This document shows, in pieces, positions 21,333-33,346 of a DNA stretch of 47,505 nucleotides. Positions within the stretch are counted from its first letter, which is position 1; each line of letters starts with the position of its first letter. The stretch spans positions 1-47,505 of the forward strand of contig JALAGF010002696.1 in assembly GCA_030167865.1 (NCBI GenBank). Reading direction: 5' to 3'. This DNA comes from Craspedostauros australis (taxonomy: Eukaryota). Position numbers and translations under genes: made by a program. Below the pieces are notes generated by a model, which saw only the letters and a list, made by a program, of their open reading frames with translations, was not told the DNA's origin and made no database searches.

Positions 21333-22094
21333 TCATTCGCCATCGAGCGGTTGCTCCAAAACAAACAAGCTCGGTGTTTGCATGATACGCAAGATCTTGC
21401 GCTGACCACCGACGTTGACCTCATCCGCGAACAGACATCTCCAGCTGCCACCGCCGCCCGCTGGTGACTTCTTCACGGTCTTGCCGAACAGGGAGATGGT
21501 CATCTCGTCGAATTTGACGGCGATCAACTTGTCGTTCTTGACTTCGCGGTTGGCACGCAGCTCGATCTCCAAAACGCCAATGCGGAGCTTGTTGTAGAAG
21601 GTGGTCTCATTATCAAAGCGTTGCGTGACCCTGCCGACGATCTTGCCACCAAACAGACCTCCCGATGATTGTTTTGGCGATGCGGAATACAGCAGGGTGT
21701 GCGTTCCCGTCAGCGGATACCGTGCTGGCGTGTCAACGGCGCTGTCCGCCGTGCCTGCTGTTTGCGTCTTGATGACCGCCTTGGCCAATTCCTCGATCTT
21801 CAATCGATCTTCCTGCGATGCCACGGATCCGACTTGTCCAACATCCTGAATGCCATCTAGTAATGCTTGAATTGCGACGTTGCGGTCGTTGTTGGGATGC
21901 CCAACGGTGCTTGCTGTCGTCGCAATGTCCTCCACGGCGCTTGCGGCAGCATTCAGCACAGATACTGAGTGACCTGCGGCAAGTTGTGCAGGCAGAAGGC
22001 GAGCTCCGGCGGAACCCTCGCAGTGGCAAAGGTCAGCGCATCGGCTGTTTGCACCAACGAAGGCAAATGCCAAAACGGGGATAACGTTGATCAT
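21333..22094 (-). CDS. Plastid lipid-associated protein/fibrillin-domain protein
   Basis: Hydrophobic leader, helical IEELAKA segment, LTGTHTLLYS, GRVTQRF, and a terminal LRIMQTPSLFVLEQ resembling PAP_fibrillin domains. Confidence 0.7.
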   Translation of the reverse strand: MINVIPVLAFAFVGANSRCADLCHCEGSAGARLLPAQLAAGHSVSVLNAAASAVEDIATTASTVGHPNNDRNVAIQALLDGIQDVGQVGSVASQEDRLKIEELAKAVIKTQTAGTADSAVDTPARYPLTGTHTLLYSASPKQSSGGLFGGKIVGRVTQRFDNETTFYNKLRIGVLEIELRANREVKNDKLIAVKFDEMTISLFGKTVKKSPAGGGGSWRCLFADEVNVGGQRKILRIMQTPSLFVLEQPLDGE

Positions 22095-22588
22095 GGTTGC
22101 TCTTCTTTCAATGACAATAGGAGGTCTTGCGCTTGTGGCGGGGTTACTCTATTCGGTTGCCACGCTGGCGCTTGCGAGTGCGATGGCAATAGTCTTCGCA
22201 GGTGTTATGAACGCACTTCACGTACGTGCGGTCTTTGGCAGCGATCCTGTGGATCCTTGTCAGGTTCACTTCGTTCGTTGTTGTCGTTTGTCATTCTTCT
22301 TTGCGTAGTCGCAAATGCGAACAATGATGACACAAAACACCTCATTTTTGTTTTGTGACAAACAACGTCACTGTTTCCGCGGTCTACAGCATTGCAATCT
22401 AGAGAGAGTGCGTCGTTCTACGCGCTTGCTTTCGTTGTTACGGAATCAAGCTGGCGACGAATCGTACCACAACGACAGCGAGAAACAACAAAATCCGCAA
22501 TAGAGAATGAAGTCATGAAATCATTCCTTTTACTCTACGATGAACTACTGTGCTTGTTGCTCGTGGAATATGGTGTCCTGTCTTCCGC

Positions 22589-24145
22589 TTATCTTCGCTT
22601 TCCCGTCCTGGCTTTCTTTTTCTGCGCGGCCTTTTCTTTCTGCAACTTGGCCTTGCGCTTTGCGATCGCCTTGGGATCCTTGGGCTTGCTCATGACCTTG
22701 AAGAAGCTGTCCATGCGGGCCTGCGGCTTCTGGTTGGCCTTGTGTGCTTCCTCCAGCTTCTTGATGCTGGCCTCGACGCGTTCGAGATTAAACCCCTGCT
22801 CGTCCACGAGGAACGTTTTGAGAGCCGCGGTGTCCGGCAATTTCCATTTGAGATCGAGCTTGTCCTTGTCGGTCATCACCTCGTGATCGAAGAAGAGTTT
22901 CCTCGCCTGTACGTACGCTGGCACTTCCGCTGGTTCTTTATCATCCTTCTCCTTCTCCTCCTCCTTCTCATTGTCGTTCTCGTTCTCATTCTCGTTGTGA
23001 CCATTTTCATCTCCGCTCTCGCCCTCTCCCTTGCTCTTCGCCTTGCTGACCTTCCAGTTGTCAGGGACCACGTACTTCTTGCCCTCCAGGTTCTTCAAGA
23101 TCGTCTCGATGTCACCGTGCTCGCGGATGAGCTTCAGCGCCGTCTTGGGTCCGACACCGCGGATGCTGTCGCAGTAATCGCATCCCAACAGGATGCAAAG
23201 ATCTACAAATTGCTTGTGCGTCAGCTCCAACCCCTCGATGGCCTTCTTGTAGTCCATTGTCTGCACGATACTCTTGCCGCCGCTAGCGAAGGTCATCTTG
23301 CGCACCAAAACGGGCGTCGCGAAGGTCAGGGCATCCATATCCTCCGTGCCCGTGGCGTAGACCAAGCCCGCCTTGGCCAAGGCCGAAGCCTGCGCCTCGG
23401 CTTCGCACGGCGCCAGGATGACCGGGACGCCCATCAGCCGCAAAAGTTTCTTGCAATCCTCATTCTCCTTGTGTCCCGCCCGCACGAGTCGCTTCGACTG
23501 CCGATCCTGCTCCTCCACGTTGCCTTCCTGCGCGGCCTTCTTCAATTCTGCCTGTGCTTTTTCTCGCTTCTCGCGTCGTTTGGCCAATTCGCCGGATTTG
23601 ATGTTGGGTGGTTTGCCGTCAAAGACGAAGGCTGGCTTGATGCCCTCCGTGAGGAACCGGATGGTGCGATTGAACATTCCCTGGATGTGCGACGTGGTCT
23701 CGCCGTCGGCGTTGGTGAGCATGGTGGCGGCTGTGTTGGGACCTCCGCTTCGCACGGCGATGAGGAACTGGTAGATGGCCATGGAGGCATCGATGGCGAT
23801 CTTGCGTCCGTGCAGCGACTTCAGCTCCACCTCGCGGATGCACTGTTGCGGATGTTGGTTCATGTTGCGAATGTTGGCGCATTGGAATGGGGTGAGTTGA
23901 ACGATTTGAGCGAGTTGGTTTGCAGGGTGGGAGGATGAGGGACGCCGCGTTCGCTGGTCTGTCGTTTGCCTATGGATTATTGCCATACATACACACGCTG
24001 GACCGACTCTGTTTCATCATGCACAACAAGATCAGCATTGTCAGCATTGTCAGCTCATGAGAGCATGAATGGCGCGACAACATCCTTCCTCACGTACGTC
24101 AGGCGCCTCATCAGACAACAGCTTGGCAAGTCCTTTAATTCCCAT
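22589..24145 (-). CDS. FEN1: Flap endonuclease 1; exons 24145-24098 and 23842-22589 (433 aa)
   Basis: MGIKGLAKLLSDEAPD spliced to CIREVELKSLHGRKIAIDASMAIYQF. Also APCEAEAQ, TEDMDALTF, LLGCDY and a PCNA-interacting box QARMDSFF. Confidence 0.97.
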
Positions 24146-25632
24146 GGTTGGTTGCTTTCGTTGCTTTCGTTGCTTTCGTCGCGTTGCTTTGGTTGGTTGG
24201 TCAGGATTGTTACGGCCTGATTGTCTTCAGCTTCTGGGTGCTGCAATCTCGTCCCAGACTTTGGCTGTCGTTTTTGTTCCGATCTGCGAGCGTTGTCGAG
24301 TTTGATTGCCTCTGCAGAGTTTTGCTGTTTGGTGTCTTCGCGTGTGGTTGCGGCGACAGCGACGTTGCCTCTTGTTTTGGCGACAAACTTGACGCCATCT
24401 CCTCCGACTCATGCGATTAAAACACTTTTCTTTTTGGCGCGAAGAATGAGGTTGCATGGTAGCGGTAAAACTGAGAAACTTGCAGAAAAGAATGAAATCG
24501 AAGGAAACGAATCGAAGCCAAGAGAGAAGCTAAACACGTGTCAAATTGCCGTGGCTCCACGCTGGCCCAAACACGTGTACCCCATGAACGCTGTGCGTCA
24601 TCGCCAACCATTCGAGGAAGAAACCAAGAGAATGCAAAGGAAGATGATGGGGATTTCGTGTGAAGATTCTTACTATTCTATTATGTTGAGTACGCGCTAC
24701 GGTACAACACTTGCGACTCTGGTGATCGTAATTGCCAACACTGGGGATGACGTGAACTGCCCTACTTTAGGTCGTGCTTGGCTCCACTCTCCTTTTACGA
24801 GTATGTATGGTACAGAACATGAATCTGTTTCTGGAAGGGCTGGAGTTCTTGGACGAAATACGATGCAGTTCCGCATGTCTTGTTGTGCCCGTCGAACGAC
24901 TGGCAGTACTCTACGTACGAGTGGAGATGTTGATTGTAGTGCGGAATGCAATCGTGTCGTTTTGATCGCAGGAAGCAGGATGCGACCAGATCTGCTGTCA
25001 GTTCTGCGTTGAGTGCAGGAACTTTTGATGTCAAGGAATGGTTTGTCCGCCATGTCACCACGCGTCAAGATCGGTGCGTCGCGGTCCTGCTTGGATCATA
25101 AGCCCGTTTCTCCTCTTGCGGACTATTGTATGTACATGGAGGGGTAGAGTAGTGATTGAAACGTCTTGGTGTGATCGCAGAGCGCGACGCACCATCAATA
25201 GTATGGTGTGAGTCTGCCAGGAGGCAGCAAGACATGACGATAGTCTCGCGCTCCGTCGCCTGTGGTTTCCGCACGTCCCTTCTGCGATATGTTGCTGCTG
25301 TGAACGGATTCAATCCCTGTCGTCAGCTGTTGCTGCTGCTGTTGATCTTGTGGTGGTTGTCATGCACTGCATGGTACGGTGCAGTATGGTACGGTACGAG
25401 TGTGTATGGCTCACCGCATGCGTTCGTCCTGAGGCTTTCGTCGAACCTGCGCACGAGAGGACGTCGTTGCGCTCTGTCCATCATAGGTGTACTCGCAGAG
25501 CTGCATCGCCAGTAGCAACATCACCACTCTCTGCCAGGGCAGGTGCATTCTTGATGGCTCTTTTGACCGGAAAACGCTTGACGTGGCGTTGCGGACGTTC
25601 ATGTGGTGCAGCTTGCGTCTCGAGTGTCTGCT

Positions 25633-26277
25633 CTAGTCGTTCTTGCGTTCTGCGTCGACCAGATCATCAACAGCGGCGCTTCGTGGGGACTCTTCGCAAC
25701 CTTCGACGGAGATGTCGCTGATGGAGAACTCTGTGAGAAGCGAGTGGCTCATGGTGTAGACGCACTCCCGCCGTGGCGATGCGCTTGTCTTCCGGAGATC
25801 GTCTGCGCCGTCGTCACGTTCCTTCTTGGTGCCTTCTGCGGATTCCACGTCGGCGGCGGCCTCCTTCGTGTCCTTCATCGCGTGCTCCAGCAGAAGACGA
25901 CGCTTGGCACGTCGCAGTCGGCGCACCAGCGAGGCCGCCTGGTTGGGACACGCCGCGGTGGCTGATCCATTGATCGCTGGAGTGGCGGGGTGGACCTTGC
26001 TGTGGTGATGGTCCATCAGAGAGGACTCGACGCGGCGGTTGTGGTGGTGGGGATGATGGGAGTGATGGAGATGATTGTGATCCTTCTCGTTGTCCTTGTT
26101 CATGCTATTGTTCATCGCATTGCTATTGTCGCCGTTGCTGCCGTGCTCTGTGTTGCGGCATCCGCAGTCCTTGCCCTTGCGGGCCATGCGTGCCTCGTTG
26201 GATGATTGATTCTTCATTGCGGCCATTGTTGGTGTCTTCTTGATCTGAGTTTGCTCGAGTAGTTGAGTATGCTGCAT
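25633..26277 (-). CDS. Hypothetical His/Asn-rich low-complexity protein (start uncertain; 26277 or 26226)
   Basis: Open frame of about 214 aa preceded by a CAA-rich leader like those of neighbouring genes. No recognisable domain. Confidence 0.35.
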   Translation of the reverse strand: MQHTQLLEQTQIKKTPTMAAMKNQSSNEARMARKGKDCGCRNTEHGSNGDNSNAMNNSMNKDNEKDHNHLHHSHHPHHHNRRVESSLMDHHHSKVHPATPAINGSATAACPNQAASLVRRLRRAKRRLLLEHAMKDTKEAAADVESAEGTKKERDDGADDLRKTSASPRRECVYTMSHSLLTEFSISDISVEGCEESPRSAAVDDLVDAERKND

Positions 26278-27158
26278 CCGCTTTGTTGCGATTGTTGTGT
26301 TTGTGGTGGTGCTGTTTTCTTTCTTTCTGTCTTTCTTGGTGGCTTTGATTGCTTTCGTGGTTTTATGCGTGGTTGGCGTTTTCGTGCTGTTTGTGTGTGG
26401 ACGTTGACAGGGATGAGGGTGGATCCGCGACGATGATCCAGGTCCGTTCGTTCGTTCGCTCACTCGATGTCGTCGCCACAGATGACATGCAGATGGGTGA
26501 CGATGCCAAACCCATTTGTTCGCGTTCCGCACCCAAGAAAACACCTGTCACGACACCAAGGAACACAATCCACCACGACACCGACGAAGACCGTTCCTTG
26601 CGCGCAAATTTCATCACGTTCTTCGTGCCGACATCTTTCGAATTCCATCAACGCTTTTCGAAACGTGGATGAAAGGAACTTATAAAGGCCCATATATCAC
26701 GACACGTATGTCACGACCCAATGTCACGTGACGCACAAACCACAAATCGCGAATCTTGGGAGAAGAGAGAAAATGGCGATCACTCTTGGGAACGCCGCGA
26801 AGGAACATCAATTGGGAGCCTTGGAAGCATTGGAGGGATTGGAGGAGAGTGGAGAAACATCCATCGGGGATGTCGTCATGTCATCAAGTGCGATGCTCAA
26901 CCATGCCACACGAGCAATCCAAGAGCAACTATGTCCAGCTTGGGCTGTGAGATGCCTCTGAAGAGTGACCTTGCCTGTTTGATGTGCGTTCATGGGCATG
27001 GAACTTTGGGAGTGAGTGAGTGAGTGAGTTGCAGTGATGTTGGTGGTAAGCAATGGGATGACTCGTCCCATACATACTCTGCAACCAATCTGCTCTGCAC
27101 ACTCTGCCATACACTCTGCAATCACAAATGCACAAGCACAGGCACAACTACAAGCACT

Positions 27159-27186
27159 GAGACTGAGACTGAGACTGAGACTGAGA
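27159..27186. repeat. (GAGACT)n microsatellite
   Basis: gagactgagactgagactgagactgagac read directly. Confidence 0.9.
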
Positions 27187-27208
27187 CGAAGACAGAGTTA
27201 CTCCCACG

Positions 27209-28504
27209 ATGTTCCGACGCAACTCGAACTTCCGCGAGACCGACGAAGAATCCATATCGTCAATGTCAGTGGGCATCCCGCAGTACATCTCCGCTCCCGC
27301 TCACAACCTCCCAGACCAGACTGTCGCGACAGAAAAGGACTACGAGGAAGAGACGGTGGCCGAGATCGATGAGTTTGTCAACGAGTTCGATGTCTCCAAG
27401 GAAAAACCGCGCGATCTCGATGAAAAACTCCGCCGCCGCAGATTCCTGGGATTCATGTGGATCCTCATCTGCATCTTCGTCCTCATGATGGTCGGTGCCA
27501 TCATCACCTTCGGGTACAAGCACGAGGTCGTGTACTCGTCGCAACGCAGCAGCCTGCCCATCGAAGGCAAACCCGTGCTGAAATTCCGCGAGGACAAGGG
27601 CGAGCACACGTTCAAGATCGTCCAGCTTGCGGATCTGCACATCGGGGAGACCAAGGAGAAGGACGCCAAGACCTTCGGCGTCATCGACAAGATCATGCAG
27701 ATCGAGCAGCCCGATTTGATCGTGCTGTCGGGCGACCAGATCTCCGCCAACTACTCCAGAAACAAGGCCGCGGAGGCCTACACCGACCTAGGTGAGGAAC
27801 TGTCGAAGCACAACACGCCGTGGGCCATGATCTTCGGCACTGCCGATGATACCGACTACGAGGACCCGACGACGCACGAGCACTATCCTCCGTTCTACAA
27901 GCGTGAACGATTGCTCGACATCGATCAGCGCTTTCCTCTCTCCCTGACCCAACGTGGCCCACCGACGATCTTCGGCATCACCAACTACATCCTCGATGTC
28001 ACCATCGATGGTCAGACCGCGGCCAACCTATTCTTCTACGATACCGGCGGCGGCTCCCTGCCCCAGCAACTGTCGCAGAATCAGGTCAACTGGTTCTACC
28101 ATTCCTACCAACGACACCCCGCGATGGCATTCCAGTACTACCCGCCATCGGAGTTGCACCATTCCGACAAGTGCATCGGATACTTCGGAGAAGAGTTCAA
28201 GCCGCTGCACAATGACCCGGGCATCGTCAACGCCATGAGCGAAACGTCGAGAGTGTATCTCCTGGCAGTCGGCAAGAACCATGGCAACGACTACTGCTGT
28301 CCCTTCACGCAGGATCTGCAGGTGTGCTTCGCTCGGCATACCGGGTATGGTGGCTACGGCGACTGGGAACGCGGTATGCGAGTCTACGAGCTGACCATCG
28401 CCGATCCCTCCACACGCACGATGGATTGGAAGTCGTGGGTGCGATTGGAATCCGGCAAGGTGATTAGCGAAGTGAGTCGGGACAGTATGTTATCCACTTT
28501 TTAG
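27209..28504 (+). CDS. Membrane-anchored calcineurin-like metallophosphoesterase (Dcr2/PAP16-like) with degenerate metal ligands
   Basis: TM helix FLGFMWILICIFVLMMVGAIITF. KIVQLADLH, PDLIVLSGD, HGNDYCC, RHTGYGGYG..RG.R. Confidence 0.85.
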   Translation: MFRRNSNFRETDEESISSMSVGIPQYISAPAHNLPDQTVATEKDYEEETVAEIDEFVNEFDVSKEKPRDLDEKLRRRRFLGFMWILICIFVLMMVGAIITFGYKHEVVYSSQRSSLPIEGKPVLKFREDKGEHTFKIVQLADLHIGETKEKDAKTFGVIDKIMQIEQPDLIVLSGDQISANYSRNKAAEAYTDLGEELSKHNTPWAMIFGTADDTDYEDPTTHEHYPPFYKRERLLDIDQRFPLSLTQRGPPTIFGITNYILDVTIDGQTAANLFFYDTGGGSLPQQLSQNQVNWFYHSYQRHPAMAFQYYPPSELHHSDKCIGYFGEEFKPLHNDPGIVNAMSETSRVYLLAVGKNHGNDYCCPFTQDLQVCFARHTGYGGYGDWERGMRVYELTIADPSTRTMDWKSWVRLESGKVISEVSRDSMLSTF

Positions 28505-28514
28505 AGACAGAGAT

Positions 28515-28518
<4 letters not shown>

Positions 28519-28550
<32 letters not shown>
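28519..28550. repeat. (AG)16 microsatellite
   Basis: Run of ag dinucleotides immediately after the phosphoesterase stop codon. Confidence 0.95.
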
Positions 28551-28551
<1 letters not shown>

Positions 28552-29533
28552 AAGAGGATGGCCAGTGGATGGAGCCGTCTGCCAATTGGGCTGGGTGTGG
28601 TTGCATTCGTATTGGACACAGCAACCAGCGCTCACTGCGCATCCGCCTGTGGTGCAGGCAGAGTGGCTTCATACCGACTTGTATTCGTACCTCTCCCCAG
28701 AGAGAGAGAGCAAAAGTATCCCAGTGGGAATGCACTCATTAGATGATGTTATCGAATCAAGCCTTCAAAACTGATGACCGCTGGAGTACTCTCTACTATA
28801 ATACTCTGTATGACTCTGTGGATTTTGCGCAAACTCCGACATCCTCGTTCTGCACTCTGTGCAGCTTTGACCATGACAATCGCCTGGAAGCAGTTGCTTG
28901 AAGAATGCACTCTCGGACAAACCAGTTTGTGTATGGTTATAGGATGGCTGCCGGACTTATTCGGTCCTTGCTGCTCGTAGTACACTTCAAGCAAGTTAAC
29001 ATCTGTGAATGTGAATGAGCCCAAGGCATGCAGAACCAGACTAGCTTACGAGTATGGTCGAGACATGTGAAAGCGCCGTGCCCACGCCAAAGCTGCCTGG
29101 GAGTTCTCAAGATGATTCGCTGGCGCGATGCACTGCCGATTGAAGACATCGTCAACAAAGGTGATCATCGCGGCTGGTATTCATGGTTCCATCACACCTT
29201 TCTCAACACCTGCACTGCTTTGGCAACCGACAATTGGTTGCCATGGCTACGTTTGTCCTCTTTTGATTTTTGTTTCGTCATCATTTGTCTTTGATTCAAC
29301 GTGGAAGACTGAACGTGAACTGAACGCGCGCTGCTCTTGGAGCAATCCGTCTCCTCCGACCTCCGCTCCTTGCTTGCACAGCAGCATACGAGTACATCCT
29401 TATCGTTTGTGTCCGCCATCCCATATCCATGCCTTGTTCTCTTTCCATCACTGCGTCCACCGCACCGCACCACACTACTCAATGCCATGCCACACCCACC
29501 ACCACCTTCATCCACAAGCCATCGATACATAAT

Positions 29534-29977
29534 TTAATCCTTCTTGAGCAACAGAAAGAGCCGCATGTCCGCCAAGATGTTGGTGAGATGCCGCTGCTCG
29601 CCCGTCAGTCTCATCAGCAATCCCCCGAAACTCGCAGCAATGACGACCGTGCCGTCCTTCTCGTAGCTTATGTCAAAGACTCGGCCGTGCATGACGTATT
29701 CATAGTTGTCGGCTAGCGTCGGCTCGTTGCTGACGGAGTAGGAGGAATGATCGGCGGGACTTCCATCGAGATGCAACGTGGATGCCAGCAGCATGGTGAC
29801 CTTGTCGGCCTCCTTGAGCGAGTAGATCTCGCAGTTGGTGTCGAGCAGCAGGTCGCATTCGAAGGTGGTTCCCGTCGCCTGGATGCGGTTGACGCGTTCG
29901 AATTTGTAGCCGTCTGGGTTCAGTGCGGTCACTTCGAAGATGTCCTCGAAGAGAGTGACCTTGGATGATGTCTCCAT
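29534..29977 (-). CDS. RPB8: RNA polymerases I/II/III shared subunit RPABC3
   Basis: LFEDIFEV..NPDGYKFERVNRI, LADNYEYVMHG, ASFGGLLMRL. Confidence 0.97.
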   Translation of the reverse strand: METSSKVTLFEDIFEVTALNPDGYKFERVNRIQATGTTFECDLLLDTNCEIYSLKEADKVTMLLASTLHLDGSPADHSSYSVSNEPTLADNYEYVMHGRVFDISYEKDGTVVIAASFGGLLMRLTGEQRHLTNILADMRLFLLLKKD

Positions 29978-30949
29978 GATTTAGTTTGTGCTGCGTACTT
30001 GCAGTTGTCAGACAATATTTGGATTTGGATTTCGACTTAGTGCTTGTGGTTGCAATTGTATTTGGTGAGACGCACTCAAATCGATGTGCTTCGTGTTCCA
30101 CGAGTGATGGGTTGATACAAATGGGGAGTTGCCGACCTTGTGGGCTTTCCGACAGACCAAAGAGATGTTTCGACAGTGTAGGAATAGGTCTCTGAAGTGC
30201 TTGACTTGCTTTGATTCTTCCTTTGACTCTTCCTTCGACTTGCTCTGGCTTGACTTGGTGCCTTGGTTCAATTGATGAACGACGTCGTGTCGACAACTGT
30301 GCCGATTCGCCAGCTGCGGTTTTGGGTTTGGCCATTGTCGCTCCTTGGTCTGGTCTCGATTTGTTTTGGTTGGATCTGTTGGGGTCCAACGAATCGCGCA
30401 TGAAACTATCTATTTCACTGACACATGCCAGACGGTGTTGAATGTTCACAGACAACGGTCCCGCATGTTTGAGATTCAAGTTGCGAACACCGAGGAAAAT
30501 CAAAATGTCTTGCGACTGTGGGCCAGTGAGCAAAACCAAACCCACCAACGAGTCTCCATTTTGCGCGCGTTTGTTACCAATGCTGCGCACCTTCCTTCAG
30601 ACAGCGGTTGATTGCGAGGGCAGTGACCGATGCCTCACTCTTCATGGGATCGATACATCACTCAACTACCAAGTATTGCCGTTCTGTGTGGTTGCTCGAC
30701 AAGATCAGGGCAAATCCAAACAGCAACAGCATGCTCAAATCGCATTTGAAATCACAATCTGATCTTCACACTATCATCGCATCTGTCATTGCTTGTTGCG
30801 AGAGCTGCCACACGGGCAGGAAGTGAGACCATCGTCATTGGATCTCATCAAGCTATCAGGATCACGCCGGCTTTCATTCGATTCCAGTTGAAACCCAACC
30901 AACGTCACTCTACTATCAGTCATCGATTGGCCCCGGCAGTGAATCCACC

Positions 30950-33346
30950 ATGGTGCTGTCATGGATTGTCGATGCAGTCATCACCGGGATGAGTTGGACG
31001 CCAACCGGCGTCTTCCTGTACCTTATCTTCAAGCTGATACGCCCGACCCTTCGGCAATGGCACTTGCACTACATCACGAAGAAGTACCCGCAGGCCATTG
31101 TGCTCAAGCCATCATCCAAGACGAAGAATGGCGGTTTCAGCAACACTAGTCTCACCACGACAAGCAATAATCGCAGCCGCAATCGCAATCGCAACGGCGA
31201 TACCTCGTTGCACGTTTGGCCCACGGCTCTGACGAAAGTGCCAGATTCGGATGCGGCCACGGTCTCAAAAGCTTCGACGACATCGCTATCCTCTGCCATC
31301 ATCTCCTTCGTCCTCTCATGCATCATCACATGCGTTGCCTTCGTGCTCAAAGTGGTCGTATTCGTGGTGGTAAGAGGGTGGGAGTTTGCGCGACATAATA
31401 TTCTGCCATTGGTTGGAATCTCCCCGCCGAAGTATTACCCGCCCGTCCTGCGAGAACCCTCCAGAGGACTTGGCCTCGTCAAGCGTGACAACCAAGACGA
31501 GCAGAGAGTCGTCTTCAGGGAGCATTCCAATGGCATTGTCAAAACGGAGAGCTACTACTACGATCCCATCATGGAACCGACCAACTTGGTGCAGACCGTC
31601 GCATCTCGAACGCCTGAGAAGTCCATGCGATCAATTTCAACCCCGCGTGCTCGTGCCAATGATAGCGGCGGTGCCAACAGCGTCAGCGTCAGCGGTCGCG
31701 ATGAAGGGGATGGATTCTCCACGCCACAGCCGAAATCAAGATCGAATTCGCAGTCGAGCTCTGCGGTTGCTTCGTACTCGACGCCGACCTCAGCATCGAG
31801 ATCTGTATTCGATCGCAGCAATGAAAATGGATCGAACGGCCGTCGGCTCATCGATCGCATACAAACGCCACCACCCAAGATGAGACAACGCAGAAACATG
31901 ACGGCGTTGTCAAAGCCAGATGGTGATGGTGCCCGTGCGAATGGCGCGATCGCGTCGAAACGTGCTTCATCCACTCGCATCGTAGGGCTCAATCGGCGCA
32001 CCAATGCAACCGGCCATAACAACAACAAGGAGAACCAACACAAGAGTCGAAGCCAGAATAACAATCGCAAGCCGCAGAATCAGCCGCTACGCTTCAAAGC
32101 CAGAGGCGCGAAGACATTGAACCGATTTGGAAGACCATCCAACTCATTCCCGAAGACGTCAGCCCCACCCAACCTACCTCTATCCGAACAGATGCGCAAA
32201 CGGCGACAGAAAGGGGACCCAGCGCTCGAAGTTTACACACCCTCGGCCAAACGTCGTCGTGTCGGCCGCGTTGCGCTCAAGGCACAGCGGCACTGTCCTC
32301 GTATCATCACGAGGCCGCAGCTATCCAAACGCGAGCGCGAAGAACGCGAGGAGAGACTGATTGAGGAGATGAATCGAAAGCGGGTCCGAAAAGATCCAAA
32401 GGCGCAAAACCAAGCGCCAACTGGACAGCAGGTGGCCATTCCATCAGCAACCACAACTTTTGGCGCGATTGTGCCGACTTCGGCTGCCGCTGATTCACAA
32501 AAACCAGCCGCTGCTGGTCCCGTTCCATCGCAGGGAGATGCCGCCCCGACGTTTACTTTTGGCTCAACGTCGACGTCGGCGTCAACATCTGCACCAGCGC
32601 CCGCAGTCAGCGGCGATGCCAAAGCAGGCACAGCACCTGCATTTTCGCTCGATGCAACGTCAGCATCCGCGCTGACACCAGTGCCTGCGGCACCCGCAGC
32701 TACAGCTGCCCCAAAATCAGATGCAACACCAGCTTTTTCATTCGGTTCCACAGCCGCACCGGCATCAGCTGCTGCATCCACCAGTACAGCTCCTCCGGCT
32801 GCTGCTGCTCCAGCAGCATCGCAGCCAGCGGGACAGGCTCCTGCTTTTAGCTTCGGCGCAGTGTCCACACCCACAAAACCAGCTCCATCAACGGTTGGTG
32901 CTCCAGCAACGCCAGCACCAGCACCGGTATCGACGCCTGGATTCCAACCACCCGCGGCCGCAGCTTCGGGAAAGCCTGCATTCTCATTCGGTGCACCAGC
33001 GCAGGTGCCAGCACCAGCATCCGTACCAACGCCGGCATTTGGTGCTGTCCCGGCTCCAGCTCCGAGCGCCACGCCCGCATTCTCTTTTGGCGCGGCATCA
33101 GCACCAGCACCGGTACCGGCGGCAGGAGCGGGTGCCACCCCGGCGTTCTCCTTCGGTGCAGCCGCAAGCAGCGCCCCTATTGCTGCTGCACCCTCAGTGC
33201 AGCCATTTGGTGGCGCCGCCCCCATCGCAGCACCAGGTGGTGCCTCAGGCTTTTCGTTGGGCGCACCAGCCAAGCAGCCTGGCATCGCAGCTGGTGGAGG
33301 TGCCAGTTCTCGACGAAGAACCGCTCGTCAACGACGCCGTCGGTAG
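30950..33346 (+). CDS. FG-repeat nucleoporin with N-terminal hydrophobic segments (POM121-like architecture, 798 aa)
   Basis: Two N-terminal hydrophobic stretches, basic NLS-like clusters (RKRRQK, PSAKRRRV, RKRVRK), about 10 FSFG/FG-type motifs in Ala/Pro-rich spacers, and a basic tail RRRTARQRRRR. Confidence 0.75.
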   Translation: MVLSWIVDAVITGMSWTPTGVFLYLIFKLIRPTLRQWHLHYITKKYPQAIVLKPSSKTKNGGFSNTSLTTTSNNRSRNRNRNGDTSLHVWPTALTKVPDSDAATVSKASTTSLSSAIISFVLSCIITCVAFVLKVVVFVVVRGWEFARHNILPLVGISPPKYYPPVLREPSRGLGLVKRDNQDEQRVVFREHSNGIVKTESYYYDPIMEPTNLVQTVASRTPEKSMRSISTPRARANDSGGANSVSVSGRDEGDGFSTPQPKSRSNSQSSSAVASYSTPTSASRSVFDRSNENGSNGRRLIDRIQTPPPKMRQRRNMTALSKPDGDGARANGAIASKRASSTRIVGLNRRTNATGHNNNKENQHKSRSQNNNRKPQNQPLRFKARGAKTLNRFGRPSNSFPKTSAPPNLPLSEQMRKRRQKGDPALEVYTPSAKRRRVGRVALKAQRHCPRIITRPQLSKREREEREERLIEEMNRKRVRKDPKAQNQAPTGQQVAIPSATTTFGAIVPTSAAADSQKPAAAGPVPSQGDAAPTFTFGSTSTSASTSAPAPAVSGDAKAGTAPAFSLDATSASALTPVPAAPAATAAPKSDATPAFSFGSTAAPASAAASTSTAPPAAAAPAASQPAGQAPAFSFGAVSTPTKPAPSTVGAPATPAPAPVSTPGFQPPAAAASGKPAFSFGAPAQVPAPASVPTPAFGAVPAPAPSATPAFSFGAASAPAPVPAAGAGATPAFSFGAAASSAPIAAAPSVQPFGGAAPIAAPGGASGFSLGAPAKQPGIAAGGGASSRRRTARQRRRR

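Noticed and set aside
22550-23938. 462-aa plus-strand ORF, and similar long antisense ORFs at 13773-14648, 36180-37169 and 39222-40001
   Set aside because: Antisense shadows of recognised genes caused by codon bias; no motifs.
32233-33285. 350-aa antisense Ala/Gly-rich ORF
   Set aside because: Shadow of the low-complexity FG-nucleoporin on the opposite strand.
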